In this document: positions 1 to 11,952 of the stretch, piece by piece | Numbering within the stretch: the first letter of the stretch is position 1 | Layout: every line of letters starts with the position of its first letter | DNA from: Eledone cirrhosa | Taxonomy: Eukaryota | Length of the DNA: 64,000 nt | NCBI GenBank assembly: GCA_964016885.1 | Contig: OZ024746.1 | Coordinates: 28,830,001-28,894,000, forward strand | Reading direction: 5' to 3' | Program-made: the position numbers and the translations under genes | Notes under the pieces: model-generated | Database searches by the model: none | The model's input: only the letters and a program-made list of their open reading frames with translations | Told to the model about the DNA's origin: nothing

Positions 1-791
1 TCACGTATGTGGAAAGCTCAGCCACCATTTTCATGATTATAGGAACAAATTAATTCGTTGATCAAATAATTGGAACACTATCGTTGATACAAACGAAGGT
101 CCAATAATAAGATTAACTGAATATAGAAAATATAAAAACATCTCAAATTCACTCTGCTTCTCGTCTTGTAATTAAATTCATTGTTGGATTCTTGGGATTG
201 AAAGTGACGTTATATTTGATGAATGCTTCTCAATGACATGTTTTAGGAATAATAACATATTTCATATGGAAATCTCTAAGTGCAGGAATGACAAAGCAAA
301 AATACAATTCAGATGTCAATTTTATATTATTTTATGCTTTTTTCATCTTTTACTGCTTTTAGTTATTGGACAACAGTCACGGTGTGACACGACATTTAAT
401 TGTTTTAGTCAGTTGTATCGTCCACGCACTTGTTTTTATCGGTTACTGTTTGTCAAACCCCTAATTTCCGAGACGTATAAGGGCCTCCCATAAAAGTAAG
501 CACATATATGCATGTCGTTGCTGTAATGTATTCCGTTTATTTTCATTCACACACAGACGCACGCCCGCCCGCGCGCGCACGCATGTATATATATATATAT
601 ATATATATAGATATAGATAGGTAAATATACACGGGTGTGTATGATTGTGTATAGAAGATTATATTAATAAGAGGAATTCCAACTTTGTCTGATTTACTCG
701 TTTTATTTACAATCCTTTAAAATATATATAATATATTTAAAATATATTATAATGAAATAGTATGATAGAATATTAAATTCTAAGTGTTAAT

Positions 792-830
792 TGAACAAGT
801 ACTTTCATGCTTTCGCAATCTTCAGGTTCA
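792..830 (-). ncRNA. Minimal type I hammerhead ribozyme, 3' pLTR
   Basis: UGAAC-CUGAAGA-U-UGC-GAAA-GCA-U-GAAA-GUAC-UU-GUUCA: 5-bp stem I, GAAA-capped stem II, palindromic stem III AGUACU. Confidence 0.8.
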
Positions 831-1205
831 TGATATGTGGTGACAGTCGAGTTTGCAATTTTCAACTGTAATGAGATGGGTAAATTTCCTACCTTTTATA
901 CATTTTATACAGAGAAAAGTGGCTCCAGAATGCAAAGCCCTGTAAACTGTATTTCGACCAATCAGTGTGTAGTTTCACTGAATTACTACAGCTGATTGGT
1001 TTAAGCGTCACGGCTGGTTGAGCATGCTAACGGCCAATAGTCATATCCAACGTATCAATTGTTTTGCTTTTTTGAAATGATGAAAATAGCATTTTCTATT
1101 AATCATCACCATCAACATCACTTTTATTATTATTATTATTGTTGTTGTTGTTGTTGTTAGTGGTCGTGGTCATAGTGGTAGTAGAAGTAATACCCCTAGG
1201 CGTTA

Positions 1206-3533
1206 TTATTGTTCATTTAGCTTGGGTTTGAATTTATCAATAAAATTCTTTTCTTTGATTTTTCTCTTGATTTCATTTGGGCTGTGTAATTTGTAGAATG
1301 GGAATATTATAAATATTCCCTGACCACATGTTGCCAGGTGGCCGCTTAGGGGTATCTGACGGACATTTGGGTCTCTGATTTGTTGACGGTGTACCCGTGC
1401 ACGTTCCGATAGTGCATTTCCAGTTTGACCGACATATAGTTCTTCACAATTCGGGCATTTAATGCAGTAAATTAGATTTCTGCTTTAGCAGTTCATATTT
1501 GCATTTGTGAATATTTTTCCAGTTTTTGTTTTCATATATTGACCGGCGTGTATGGATTGACATGTGCCGCATCGATTATCATTGCATTTAGATACAGTGA
1601 ATGATTGGTCTTTGTTGTTAAGGTCAAACTTTGCTTTTGTTAGCAATTGCTTCAAATTTTTTGGCTGTCTTTTACTAAGAGTCAAAGATCGATCTGTGAT
1701 TAAGCCTTTTAATTCATTACTTTGAGCAATGATCGGTAGGTTTGCTTTGGCAGTGTTGAAGATATTCTGGTGACATGGGTTGTGTGTCATTATAAATGGT
1801 ATGACCAGTTCTTGATTTCTTCTTCTTTGGGTTGTTCTAAGTTGTTGTATAGGTATTTTTATAGCCCGCTGTATGCCATTTTCTATAAGTAGAGATGGGT
1901 ATTTTTGTTTGAGCAAAAATTCTCTTAGTTCTGTTAGGCGTTTGTACCTGGTATTCGTATCTTCTACAATGGTACAAATTCTTCTGGCTAGGCAGTATGG
2001 GATGTTGCGTTTTGTATGAGGTGGATGGCACGACTTAAAATTCAGATATTGATGGGTGTCTGTGTGTTTATAATATATATCCGTGGTAATGGTGGTGTCG
2101 TTTTTGATTATCATTATATCTAGGAATGGTAATTTGGTCCTACTCATCTCTTTTGTGAATTGGAGAGATGGGTGTAGGTTATTCAGGAGGATATTGAACT
2201 CATCCAGAGTATCTAGAGATTCTGTCCAGATGATGAAACAGTCGTCAAGGTATCTCTTCCAAGATTTTTCAATGTACTTTCTAAAGTCAGTACTATATTT
2301 TTCCTCTATTTCTTGGTAGAGTTGTTGTTCTAAGTATCCCATTACAGAGTTCGCGTAAACGGGAGCAAACTTCGTTCCCATCGCTGTGCCTCTAATTTGG
2401 ATGTAATTCTTTCCATTGAAGAAGAAAGTGTTGTTTTCCAGAATAAGTTTAACTGCGTCTAATATAAATGGCGCTGTGAATCTAATGGGAATCACTTCTC
2501 TATGTTTTTCCACCCAGTATTTAACCGCCTTTATTCCTAAATCATGTGTAATGTTGGTGTAAAGGCTTACCACATCAAAACTGAGTAGAAGTGAATTCGT
2601 TTCCGTGGTTTTGGGAAGATGGGACAGGAAGTCGATATCATCCCGGATGAAACTGGGTATGTGAATACATAGTGGTTTCAAAATAATGTCGACAAAATTG
2701 CTTAGACGGTGAGTGGGGCATGTTGGACCAGCTATAATAGGTCTAAGTTTTAAGTCTTTTGGGTGTAATAATTTAATGTACTCACTGTTTTGTTCTCTTA
2801 CTGCCAGTTGTATTTCTTTTGACTTGTGAACTTTCGGTAGGCCATACAGGTTGCTGGGTTTCGGCTCAAAATTGGTGATGTAGTCTCTTTCCTTATCAGT
2901 AAATGAGTTGTGGCATTTTGAAGCCAGGTTGTTGATCTTCTTCATGATGTTGTGGTCTATATTTGACGGTATTTCATGATAGAATGTTGTGTCTTTCAGT
3001 TGTTCCTCAACCAAATCCTTGTAGTATTCAGTATCCATTATAACAACTGCACCCCCTTTATCTGCTTGTTTAATTATTATTGTTTTATCATTTTGTATAC
3101 GTTTAAGTGCAGACATTTCTGATTTGTTAATGTTTGGCCTAACATTAGTATTACGTCTAAGAGGAAATTTAGACAGGATGTCAATGTATTGGTCGAGATA
3201 GATATTTCTTCCTTTTGGCGGAGTGAAATTTGATTTATTCTTTACTAGTGATTCATCACTCTCATTATTTTTATCAGCGAAGAATTCTACAAGACGTAAT
3301 TTTCGACAGAATTCTTGGGTATCCTCCTTCAGTTCTTGGTGGTTGACTGTTGGAGTCGGTGTGAATTTCAGTCCTTTTGACAGAATTTGCATTTCATCAT
3401 TGTCAAGATCTCTTTTAGATAAATTAATTATTTTAGGATCTACGTGTACAGCTGTTTTGGGTATGTTTCCTCCTGGAATTTTTCTTTTTCCGGTTTTTGT
3501 TGTCCTGACGTTAAAAAATGAATTTTTCTCTGT
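1206..3533 (-). CDS. PLE reverse transcriptase + Cys-linker + GIY-YIG endonuclease frame, one nonsense codon at 1485-1487
   Basis: LYGLPKVHK, RPII, FDVVSLYT, GTAMG, RYLDD, FLD motifs; CxxxxCxxC linker; LIYCIKC..LYVGQT after the TAA; frame open upstream of Met 3392 to 3533 (IINLS..KGLKF); in-frame stop 1206-1208. Confidence 0.92.
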
Positions 3534-4789
3534 TCAGGATTTATATTCCTGTTGGTGTTCGCTTGATGAACTTTTGGTCGTGATATTATATTTGGTTTCG
3601 TTATGTATTTTGTCCTATTTTTGGTATTCTGTATATTATTTTTCTTCCTGTTAGCATTATTTTTAACAATCTGGGAAAATGACCTAGGTTTGCTTTCAGG
3701 TTTAGATCGTTTTTTCGTCCAGTTTCTTGTGGGCAATCTCTGTTGAGATCTTGAGAGTGATCTGGTTATTCTACGTTTTGTTTCCACATTCCTTGTTGGT
3801 AGTCTCTGTTGAGATCTTGAGAATGATCTCCTGGTTTTACTACTTCTCATGGTCTGGTCAAAGGAATACCTATCGTGTTTGTGCTTTTTGTTCATGTTGT
3901 GTGCGATAGGGTGTTTTTGTAGAAAAAGCGAAGAGTTATTACCGTAGTTCTTCTTTGATTCAAGGTAAGGTGAGTGTTTGTGTTGGCACGTGTTCTGGCG
4001 TATGTTGTGTTGATGAGATTGTCCACTTTTAATGCTTTTTCTCAGGGTTCCAGAGTCTTTACCGTAATTTGCAGCATATTCATCGAGAAATAATTGTTTC
4101 TGCTGCCATACCTTTCTTGATTTGTTTTCTTCTTTTGAGATATCTCCGATCCATAGTTCTCGTAGTTTTTCAGCTATAATACCAGTCGTTAGCTTTGAAA
4201 TTTCAACTTCAATTTGGTCATCAATAGCTTCATATTTGGCTTTGTAGCGGGATTGTTTACATTCAGAAATGGAGATGTCGGTCCTGAATTTTGTCAATGT
4301 AAGTTCCCATCGGAGTTTTGTTTCTTCTTCTGGTTCTCCTGCAATTTCTGTAATTAGGTATTTACGAGGGAGTATGGGTGACGTTAGAGAGAGCCATTTC
4401 GAATGTGTTTCGACATATTTTTCGCATCTGTATGCTTTCCAGAAATTTTGTTTTCTTAAGTTAAGGAATTTTTTCCATGTCTTCCACATTTCTTTTCTTA
4501 TTCGATGTGTTTTGTTTTCCAAATTTCTTTCGTTTATTTCTGACATCCAAGGGGGTTGTGGTAGGCTTTCTCTTGTATCTTTGATAACTGTTGGTATAAT
4601 TTCAGCTAAATTCTTAATTTCAGAGTTTATATGTTCAGTTATAAGTTTTCCGTCTGTAGATTGTTTTTCTATTTCCTTTAAAATAGAGGATTGTGTGTCC
4701 ATCATCGTGATAAGTGTTGATAATTTCGATGATATCTCCTTTAGAATTCTTTCTGATTCTGTTGGTTTCATTTGTTGCTTTCCAGACAT
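3440..4789 (-). CDS. PLE ORF1, 449 aa, helical N-half and basic disordered C-half
   Basis: ATG just after the 5' pLTR; uninterrupted; overlaps RT frame by ~94 nt; internal 22-aa duplication (SRSQQRLPTRN x2). Confidence 0.75.
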   Translation of the reverse strand: MSGKQQMKPTESERILKEISSKLSTLITMMDTQSSILKEIEKQSTDGKLITEHINSEIKNLAEIIPTVIKDTRESLPQPPWMSEINERNLENKTHRIRKEMWKTWKKFLNLRKQNFWKAYRCEKYVETHSKWLSLTSPILPRKYLITEIAGEPEEETKLRWELTLTKFRTDISISECKQSRYKAKYEAIDDQIEVEISKLTTGIIAEKLRELWIGDISKEENKSRKVWQQKQLFLDEYAANYGKDSGTLRKSIKSGQSHQHNIRQNTCQHKHSPYLESKKNYGNNSSLFLQKHPIAHNMNKKHKHDRYSFDQTMRSSKTRRSFSRSQQRLPTRNVETKRRITRSLSRSQQRLPTRNWTKKRSKPESKPRSFSQIVKNNANRKKNNIQNTKNRTKYITKPNIISRPKVHQANTNRNINPEQRKIHFLTSGQQKPEKEKFQEETYPKQLYT

Positions 4790-4993
4790 GTTAGCATATA
4801 CACAATAGGAATATATATATAGATATAGATAGGTAAATATACACGGGTGTGTATGATTGTGTATAGAAGATTATATTAATAAGAGGAATTCCAACTTTGT
4901 CTGATTTACTCGTTTTATTTACAATCCTTTAAAATATATATAATGGTATTATAATGAAATAGTATGATAGAATATTAAATTCTAAGTGTTAAT

Positions 4994-5032
4994 TGAACAA
5001 GTACTTTCATGCTTTCGCAATCTTCAGGTTCA
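4994..5032 (-). ncRNA. Minimal type I hammerhead ribozyme, 5' pLTR
   Basis: Identical to 792-830. Confidence 0.8.
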
Positions 5033-5064
5033 TGATATGTGGTGACAGTCGAGTTTGCAATTTT

Positions 5065-5612
5065 CTGCCAAAGCAAACCTACCGATCATTGCTCAAAGTA
5101 ATGAATTAAAAGGCTTAATCACAGATCGATCTTTGACTCTTAGTAAAAGACAGCCAAAAAATTTGAAGCAATTGCTAACAAAAGCAAAGTTTGACCTTAA
5201 CAACAAAGACCAATCATTCACTGTATCTAAATGCAATGATAATCGATGCGGCACATGTCAATCCATACACGCCGGTCAATATATGAAAACAAAAACTGGA
5301 AAAATATTCACAAATGCAAATATGAACTGCAAAAGCAGAAATCTAATTTACTGCATTAAATGCCCGAATTGTGAAGAACTATATGTCGGTCAAACTGGAA
5401 ATGCACTATCGGAACGTGCACGGGTACACCGTCAACAAATCAGAGACCCAAATGTCCGTCAGATACCCCTAAGCGGCCACCTGGCAACATGTGGTCAGGG
5501 AATATTTATAATATTCCCATTCTACAAATTACACAGCCCAAATGAAATCAAGAGAAAAATCAAAGAAAAGAATTTTATTGATAAATTCAAACCCAAGCTA
5601 AATGAACAATAA
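5065..5612 (+). CDS. GIY-YIG endonuclease segment in the inverted 5'-truncated PLE copy (partial)
   Basis: Matches C-terminus of the minus-strand frame but has AAA (Lys) where the main copy has TAA. Confidence 0.85.
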
Positions 5613-5987
5613 TAACGCCTAGGGGTATTACTTCTACTACCACTATGACCACGACCACTAACAACAACAACAACAACAATAATAATAATAATAAAAGTGA
5701 TGTTGATGGTGATGATTAATAGAAAATGCTATTTTCATCATTTCAAAAAAGCAAAACAATTGATACGTTGGATATGACTATTGGCCGTTAGCATGCTCAA
5801 CCAGCCGTGACGCTTAAACCAATCAGCTGTAGTAATTCAGTGAAACTACACACTGATTGGTCGAAATACAGTTTACAGGGCTTTGCATTCTGGAGCCACT
5901 TTTCTCTGTATAAAATGTATAAAAGGTAGGAAATTTACCCATCTCATTACAGTTGAAAATTGCAAACTCGACTGTCACCACATATCA

Positions 5988-6026
5988 TGAACCTGAAGAT
6001 TGCGAAAGCATGAAAGTACTTGTTCA
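5988..6026 (+). ncRNA. Minimal type I hammerhead ribozyme, inverted PLE copy
   Basis: Identical motif read on + strand. Confidence 0.8.
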
Positions 6027-6140
6027 ATTAACACTTAGAATTTAATATTCTATCATACTATTTCATTATAATACCATTATATATATTTTAAAGGATTGTA
6101 AATAAAACGAGTAAATCAGACAAAGTTGGAATTCCTCTTA

Positions 6141-6185
<45 letters not shown>

Positions 6186-6279
6186 TTATAATAATTTCTG
6201 TTATACGATATTGGATAACCTTAGCTTAATTATATAAAAGAGACCGCACTTGTCCAGGAAACGAAGTTCGTACCTACAT

Positions 6280-7290
6280 CCCATAATTATTTTATGTATT
6301 GTACATGAAGAAAAAGAATGGTGGTAGATGTATCATCAGTGCAGAGTATTGTATAAGCAGTTAATGGAGAACGCTTGCATAATATTAGGTAGCAGTGACG
6401 GAATATTGTTGCAATGTATAGCAGAATATAAATGCAGATAAAATGATAGGTAAGGAAGAGTTTACCAAAAGAGTTGAAGAGAAGAGAGAAGAAGATCGTG
6501 TAGAGGATATATGGATAGTTTAAAAGAAATACACAAGATATTAAGGATGACACTTCAAGGACATGGTTTAAGCAGTATGATTTGTAGCGTACCACTAAAA
6601 GCCTTATAATTGCTGCATAAGACCTATTCGATGAAGTAAAACATTTACAAAATTTCTGACACACAGAAATGCAACCTCTGTGGAAAGAATGTGGAAAATG
6701 TAGCCCAATTGTTAAGTGGAAGTGAGAGCTTTGCGCAAAAGGCATATAAGAGCCGCCATCATAAAGTCTGTTTCTACATTCGCTGGCTGTTATATGGTAA
6801 ATATCAATACGAAGTAATAAGAGAATTGGCATGAGCATATACTGTGTAAATAATGCAGGAGAATGGGAAGGCAATGATATTCTGAGATTATGATTTTCAG
6901 ACGGATATAGCACTCGAGCATCGCCGAGTGCTATATCCGAAAGATATTGAACAAGAAAGACAAATACAATCAGAACATAGACGTAGCCATACCAAATGAC
7001 ATAAATATTACTTAGAAAGAGGTTGAAAACAATCAGCAAGTAATCTGAATTGAAAGTGGAGATGGTAAGACATTTTGGAATGCGAGAGAGTAATTTGAAA
7101 GTGAAACCTGTTACGATATAGGCACTAGAATCAATCCCATTGAAACACCGAGACTTCTTAAAACTGTTAGAAATACCATGCAAAATTGGTGTCGTATACG
7201 AATCAGCCTAGCTAGGCACTGCGCACATTTTAAGAAAAGTATTATCTGCCTGGGTTCCTTGTGACTTGACAGAAAACAAATATAATAATA
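6280..7290 (+). mobile_element. Decayed R4/Dong-like (RLE) non-LTR retrotransposon 3' fragment
   Basis: Broken-frame motifs KKNGGRCIISAE, DFQTDIALEHRR, IDVAIPND, LGTAHILRKVL; ends in short (TAA)n. Confidence 0.7.
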
Positions 7291-7509
7291 ATGGTTTCTT
7301 ATATAAGAACAAGGACAGCAATTTTAGGGGAGGGGAAAAGTCGATTAAATCGACCCCAGTGCGTGACTGGTACTTTATTATATCGACACCGTAAAGATGA
7401 AAGGCAAAGTTAACCTCGGCGGGATTTGAACTCAGATCATAAAGGGCCGTAACTCTATGCTGCAAAGCATGGCGTTCAACCCTCTACCGGTACTGCCAAT
7501 CCACCACCC
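7285..7509 (-). mobile_element. tRNA-derived SINE, family A
   Basis: Box A-like TGGCAGTACCGG, box B GAGTTCAAATCCC, body gccgaggttaactttgcctttcatc; several copies in window. Confidence 0.85.
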
Positions 7510-8168
7510 TACAAATGCTAGTAATAACAACAACAACAACAATATCAATATTGTAAGTGACAACACTAACAATTGCTGCTGAAAATTCCCCCATTCTATA
7601 ATCTGAAAATGTTTGATTTGGGATTTTCTAACGTCTTTTATCACTCAGTCATTTCAATTAAAATTTGAGAAATTATCAACATATTGAAATTTGCCAAATC
7701 GAATAATTGTGCAGAGAATTATTTCCAGTAAAATCCCCCACCAACACCGAACCATCTCCTCCTCTTACCTTCTCGTTGATTCCTTAATCTTTCCATTTCA
7801 CTATCTTTTCATTTCCTTTCTCTTCTGCTTTCATTCATTCTTTCTCTACTGTTTCTTTCTTTATTAACATTTCAGTTGTAGTTAAACGTGTGTCAAACAA
7901 ATATTTTATTGTTTTCTTTACCAACTTTCTTTATATCCTCAACAATTTCAGTTGTGGCACGATGTGACAACAGAAGTATTGACATAAATTGCTGTCTTGA
8001 AATGTGCATGGAATCTTAAGACGTTCACTCTTTTCTTTGTTTTTGTTGTTGTTGTTGTTTTAATCAATAAAACCGCCTAAGAAATCAGCTTTTAATAACA
8101 ACTACATTTTGAATGTATTCCCGAACTTTAAATCAAATAATTATCCTCATTCTTATTTTCTCTTCCAG

Positions 8169-8181
8169 GCAAGGCAACAGG
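8169..8181 (+). other. Candidate 13-nt microexon of an unidentified host transcript
   Basis: Polypyrimidine tract tcttattttctcttccAG, then GCAAGGCAACAGG, then GTAAGC, in non-repetitive sequence. Confidence 0.3.
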
Positions 8182-8439
8182 GTAAGCACTTAGTCGAAAG
8201 TAACTCAATACTGCGAAGAAACTAGTTAAGTACATTTCAAAAATAATTTTTCTGGGATTTCATATATATTGAGGAAAAGGATTATAGGAAATAAAATTTA
8301 GGGAAAGGGGGAAACCCTAAAATAAAGATCTATGTGAAAAAATTGCTGATTGTGGGACTGGTACAATGATTGGTACTAGAAAGGTCATTAAATGGTAGAA
8401 TCATGCTAAATTATGTAACGAATGAGTAAGATGAGTATA

Positions 8440-8643
8440 AATAGTAAATAGAACAAGATCAAAGCGAAGAGAAAGCACCAAAGTGCTTGACGAAAGAGCG
8501 TTGGCGATTAAAGAGGACAATTAAATGACCATCTGATTTCTAACTAACAAAGGTAAGGATTAATTAACTAACAATAAAATTGAAGTTAAACCCACCTGGT
8601 GCGTGCGTTTTTATTGTCAGACACACATCTTCCAAAATATAAT

Positions 8644-8645
<2 letters not shown>
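8440..8645 (+). mobile_element. Decayed 3' end of PLE family 2
   Basis: Similar to reverse complement of 20670-20870; runs into (TA)n. Confidence 0.5.
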
Positions 8646-8707
<62 letters not shown>

Positions 8708-8867
8708 TTGTGTCTGTATGTCGGACTGTCTCTCTCTCTCTGATCCGTCTAGTTTCGGACCGGGAACACTGGTCCAACCCATGCCACCATGAGAAGCAGG
8801 CGTAAAAAGATGACTTTGATAAGGAAGAAATAGTTAGATAGTTTAGAATGTACAATGATTATGGTCG

Positions 8868-9025
8868 CAACAAGCAGGTATGGCTAAGAAGTTCACCTTG
8901 TAATCATTAAGTCCCAGGTTCGATCCCATTGTGTGACATCTCAGGAAAGTGTCATTTACCATAACCTCGGGTCGCCTCGTGGCTTCTGAATGAAATTTGT
9001 TAATGAGAAGCTGTTTGGAAGCCCC
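8868..9025 (+). mobile_element. tRNA-derived SINE, family B (decayed)
   Basis: tggctaagaagtt...GGTTCGATCCC...aagtgtc; related copies at ~9415-9535(-), 18995-19150(-), 37470-37640(+), 54846-55000(-). Confidence 0.65.
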
Positions 9026-9569
9026 TCAGATGGACTGTACTTGTAATTCAAAGTACTTTGTGCTGCTGGTCACTTAACACCAATTGAATCGGGGTGAGCT
9101 CCTGGCTGATGATCTTCAAGGTTTTGATTTGTCTAACTTTTTAAGTCAATAAGATTAGCTTTGACATATTAATTGTTACCTGGAACATTTCTAACAATCA
9201 TTCTCTTGTTAATCCTGGTCTCTTTACTAGTTTATCGATACATGAATCTATCATGTACCTAAGTCGATCAACGGAAAAGCCTGCTCATGAATTAACGTGT
9301 GATTGAGAATGTTACAGACACATGCATCTTTAACCTATTCCTCAGGAATGGTCCTTTTAATTACAGGTACAGTCCATCGGAGAAGGTACCAAACTTTTTT
9401 TTGTCAACACAATTTCACTGACAAGGTATATCAAAGGCTATGCTAAGTAGCTCTTATCCAAGATTCCACACAGTGGGGTCGAACCTGATACCTAATGTTT
9501 ATGAAGCAAACTTCCGAACCACTCAGCCACACTGCACCCACTGATACAAGAATAGCGATGAGACGTGTC

Positions 9570-10290
9570 TGCCAATATTTGAAAGTCTTAGAGTCGGTGT
9601 CGTTTCTGGATTCTTCACAAGTTATGCTGTATCACGTGTGTGCTATTATTGCAGTATTCTTATCTTCTTCTCGTCTAATCCATTGTGTGTTTTAGTTGTG
9701 CTGAAACTTTTTCTTCCATATTCTTTCTTTATATGTTTCAATTATTTTGATCTCAGTGACTCATCCAATTTGGGGGATTTTTGTAGATTTCTTTAGTGGC
9801 TTTTGTTAAGAAAACCACATTTTGATGAAATACGTGCTTCTCCATTCGATTTCATTGAGTAAGTATCTGTCGTTCCGTATATCCATTTCTCTTTTATAAT
9901 CATATATCTTTTTACCATTGTGTGTGTTTTTTTTTTATTAAGTTTACCTGAACAGGGTCTTACTATATTAGGATGGCGTTCGATTTCCCACGAGACTATC
10001 ATCGCTACCGTATCGATTATTCCATTGAAACTGTTTATATTCATGTTTGTTTCTGAGGTAACAATATCCGGTAGAGCGTTGTTGTATTTAGTTATTATTT
10101 TGTTGAGACGTGTGTTTATTTATAGCTTAAACAAGAAATTTCCGTTGATCCAGGTTCATTGATTTTCCTGTTGACCACAATTCTCCTTCCTCTGTTGACT
10201 CCCGAAGATTTCCTGCCACAACAAATGAAATTCAGGATTGTAAAAACCAACGAAACATTTAACGATTGTGTTACTGACGCTGCTGCTTAG
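9570..10290 (-). mobile_element. Decayed PLE coding remnant (post-RT to GIY-YIG)
   Basis: Broken frame resembling C..THV(I)YSITCEE GIY-YIG start; near family-2 pLTR at 10630-10870. Confidence 0.4.
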
Positions 10291-10393
10291 AGACATGAAT
10301 GATACCACCTGCTATACCATACCACACACACACACACACACACACACAAAATATACACACTCACAATATACACACACACAAAGACACACATAG

Positions 10394-10428
<35 letters not shown>

Positions 10429-10525
10429 CGGTAGTGTACATGATAATATATTATGAAAGTAAAACTGTCTGAAGAATTACTAAGTAATAAATATAAAGAT
10501 AATGTACCACACACACACACATATA

Positions 10526-10605
<80 letters not shown>

Positions 10606-10755
10606 TATATGTGTGTGTGTGTGTGTGTGTATATTGTTGTACTTTGAGAGGGTCAGGCTGCCAATAAAGACACACAACTCGTGATTTTCACTTCAATTTA
10701 TTATAAGTTTCCGGTTGGTTGGTTGGTTTGATAAGCGTATGGTTGTTTATATATT

Positions 10756-10797
10756 GTCAAAGCTTTTCGTCGCACATTCTGCGACCTCCTCAGTGAC
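10756..10797 (-). ncRNA. Hammerhead motif in PLE family-2 pLTR fragment (10630-10870)
   Basis: GUCA-CUGAGGA-G-GUCGCA-GAAUG-UGCGAC-GAAA-AGCU-U-UGAC. Confidence 0.65.
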
Positions 10798-11228
10798 TAG
10801 GGTTTTATTTTCTGTCTCTCCTTTGTTCTGTCCTACACCAACTTGTTTTTGTCGCTCCCTTTATCGATAGTTTGTATTGCATAAGAGATATACCATAAAA
10901 ACGCTATTACTTAAAATGCTGTCTGATGAAGTCGCGTTAGTGATTCACACCATTATTTAATTAACAAATCTAAAGAAATATGCATTAGTGCATATAATGG
11001 ATGAATTATGGATGATTATGAAATGAATTATGATTATTTACATGTGGACTTTGTAATTATCATTAGTGTACGTATAGTCCGTTCTATGTTGGACAACTAA
11101 ATCGGATTTGGAAAGACACATATGACGTCGAGTGTTTGAACCTCATTGCATCTTTATTTACTGATTGGACTGTTACATACGCAACCCTGGTTAATCAACA
11201 TCCTATAATACGAAAATAAATCTAATAT

Positions 11229-11505
<277 letters not shown>

Positions 11506-11868
11506 ATTCATTTAATATCAAGAGAAAGCAGTATCACAAATTCAGAAAATCAATAAGGAAATAAAGTATATTTCACCATAAACAGCAAAGATGGAAATGA
11601 AATTTTCAAAACTCTCTGAAAAAAAAAGACAAAATATAAAGTAAATAAATATGAGAAGAAAAAGTAGAAAGGAAAGTTAAGCAACACGCAAATTAGGCAT
11701 ATTTGTAAGAACTCCAACTGAATGACATTTTTCTCATTCCTGAAATATTTAGCAATAATGACCCAAAAATACCAATTTCCATTAACAGCGAAACAGCGAT
11801 TTGCTTTTAATGTATATTTGTGTATTTATCAGCATTAGTGTAAATAATAAGTTACCAAAAACTATAAA

Positions 11869-11952
<84 letters not shown>

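Larger units (their letters stand above)
590..6148 (-). mobile_element. Penelope-like retroelement (Neptune-type), partial tandem plus inverted 3' copy, in (TA)n
   Basis: RT plus C-terminal GIY-YIG on minus strand; direct pLTR repeat 600-863 = 4813-5065; 5065-6148 is the reverse complement of 660-1753; both ends run into (TA)n. Confidence 0.93.

Noticed and set aside
1485-1487. In-frame stop as selenocysteine or readthrough recoding
   Set aside because: Codon is TAA at a Lys position and the inverted copy has AAA
6287-7183. 298-aa hydrophobic ORF
   Set aside because: Antisense to a decayed R4-like element
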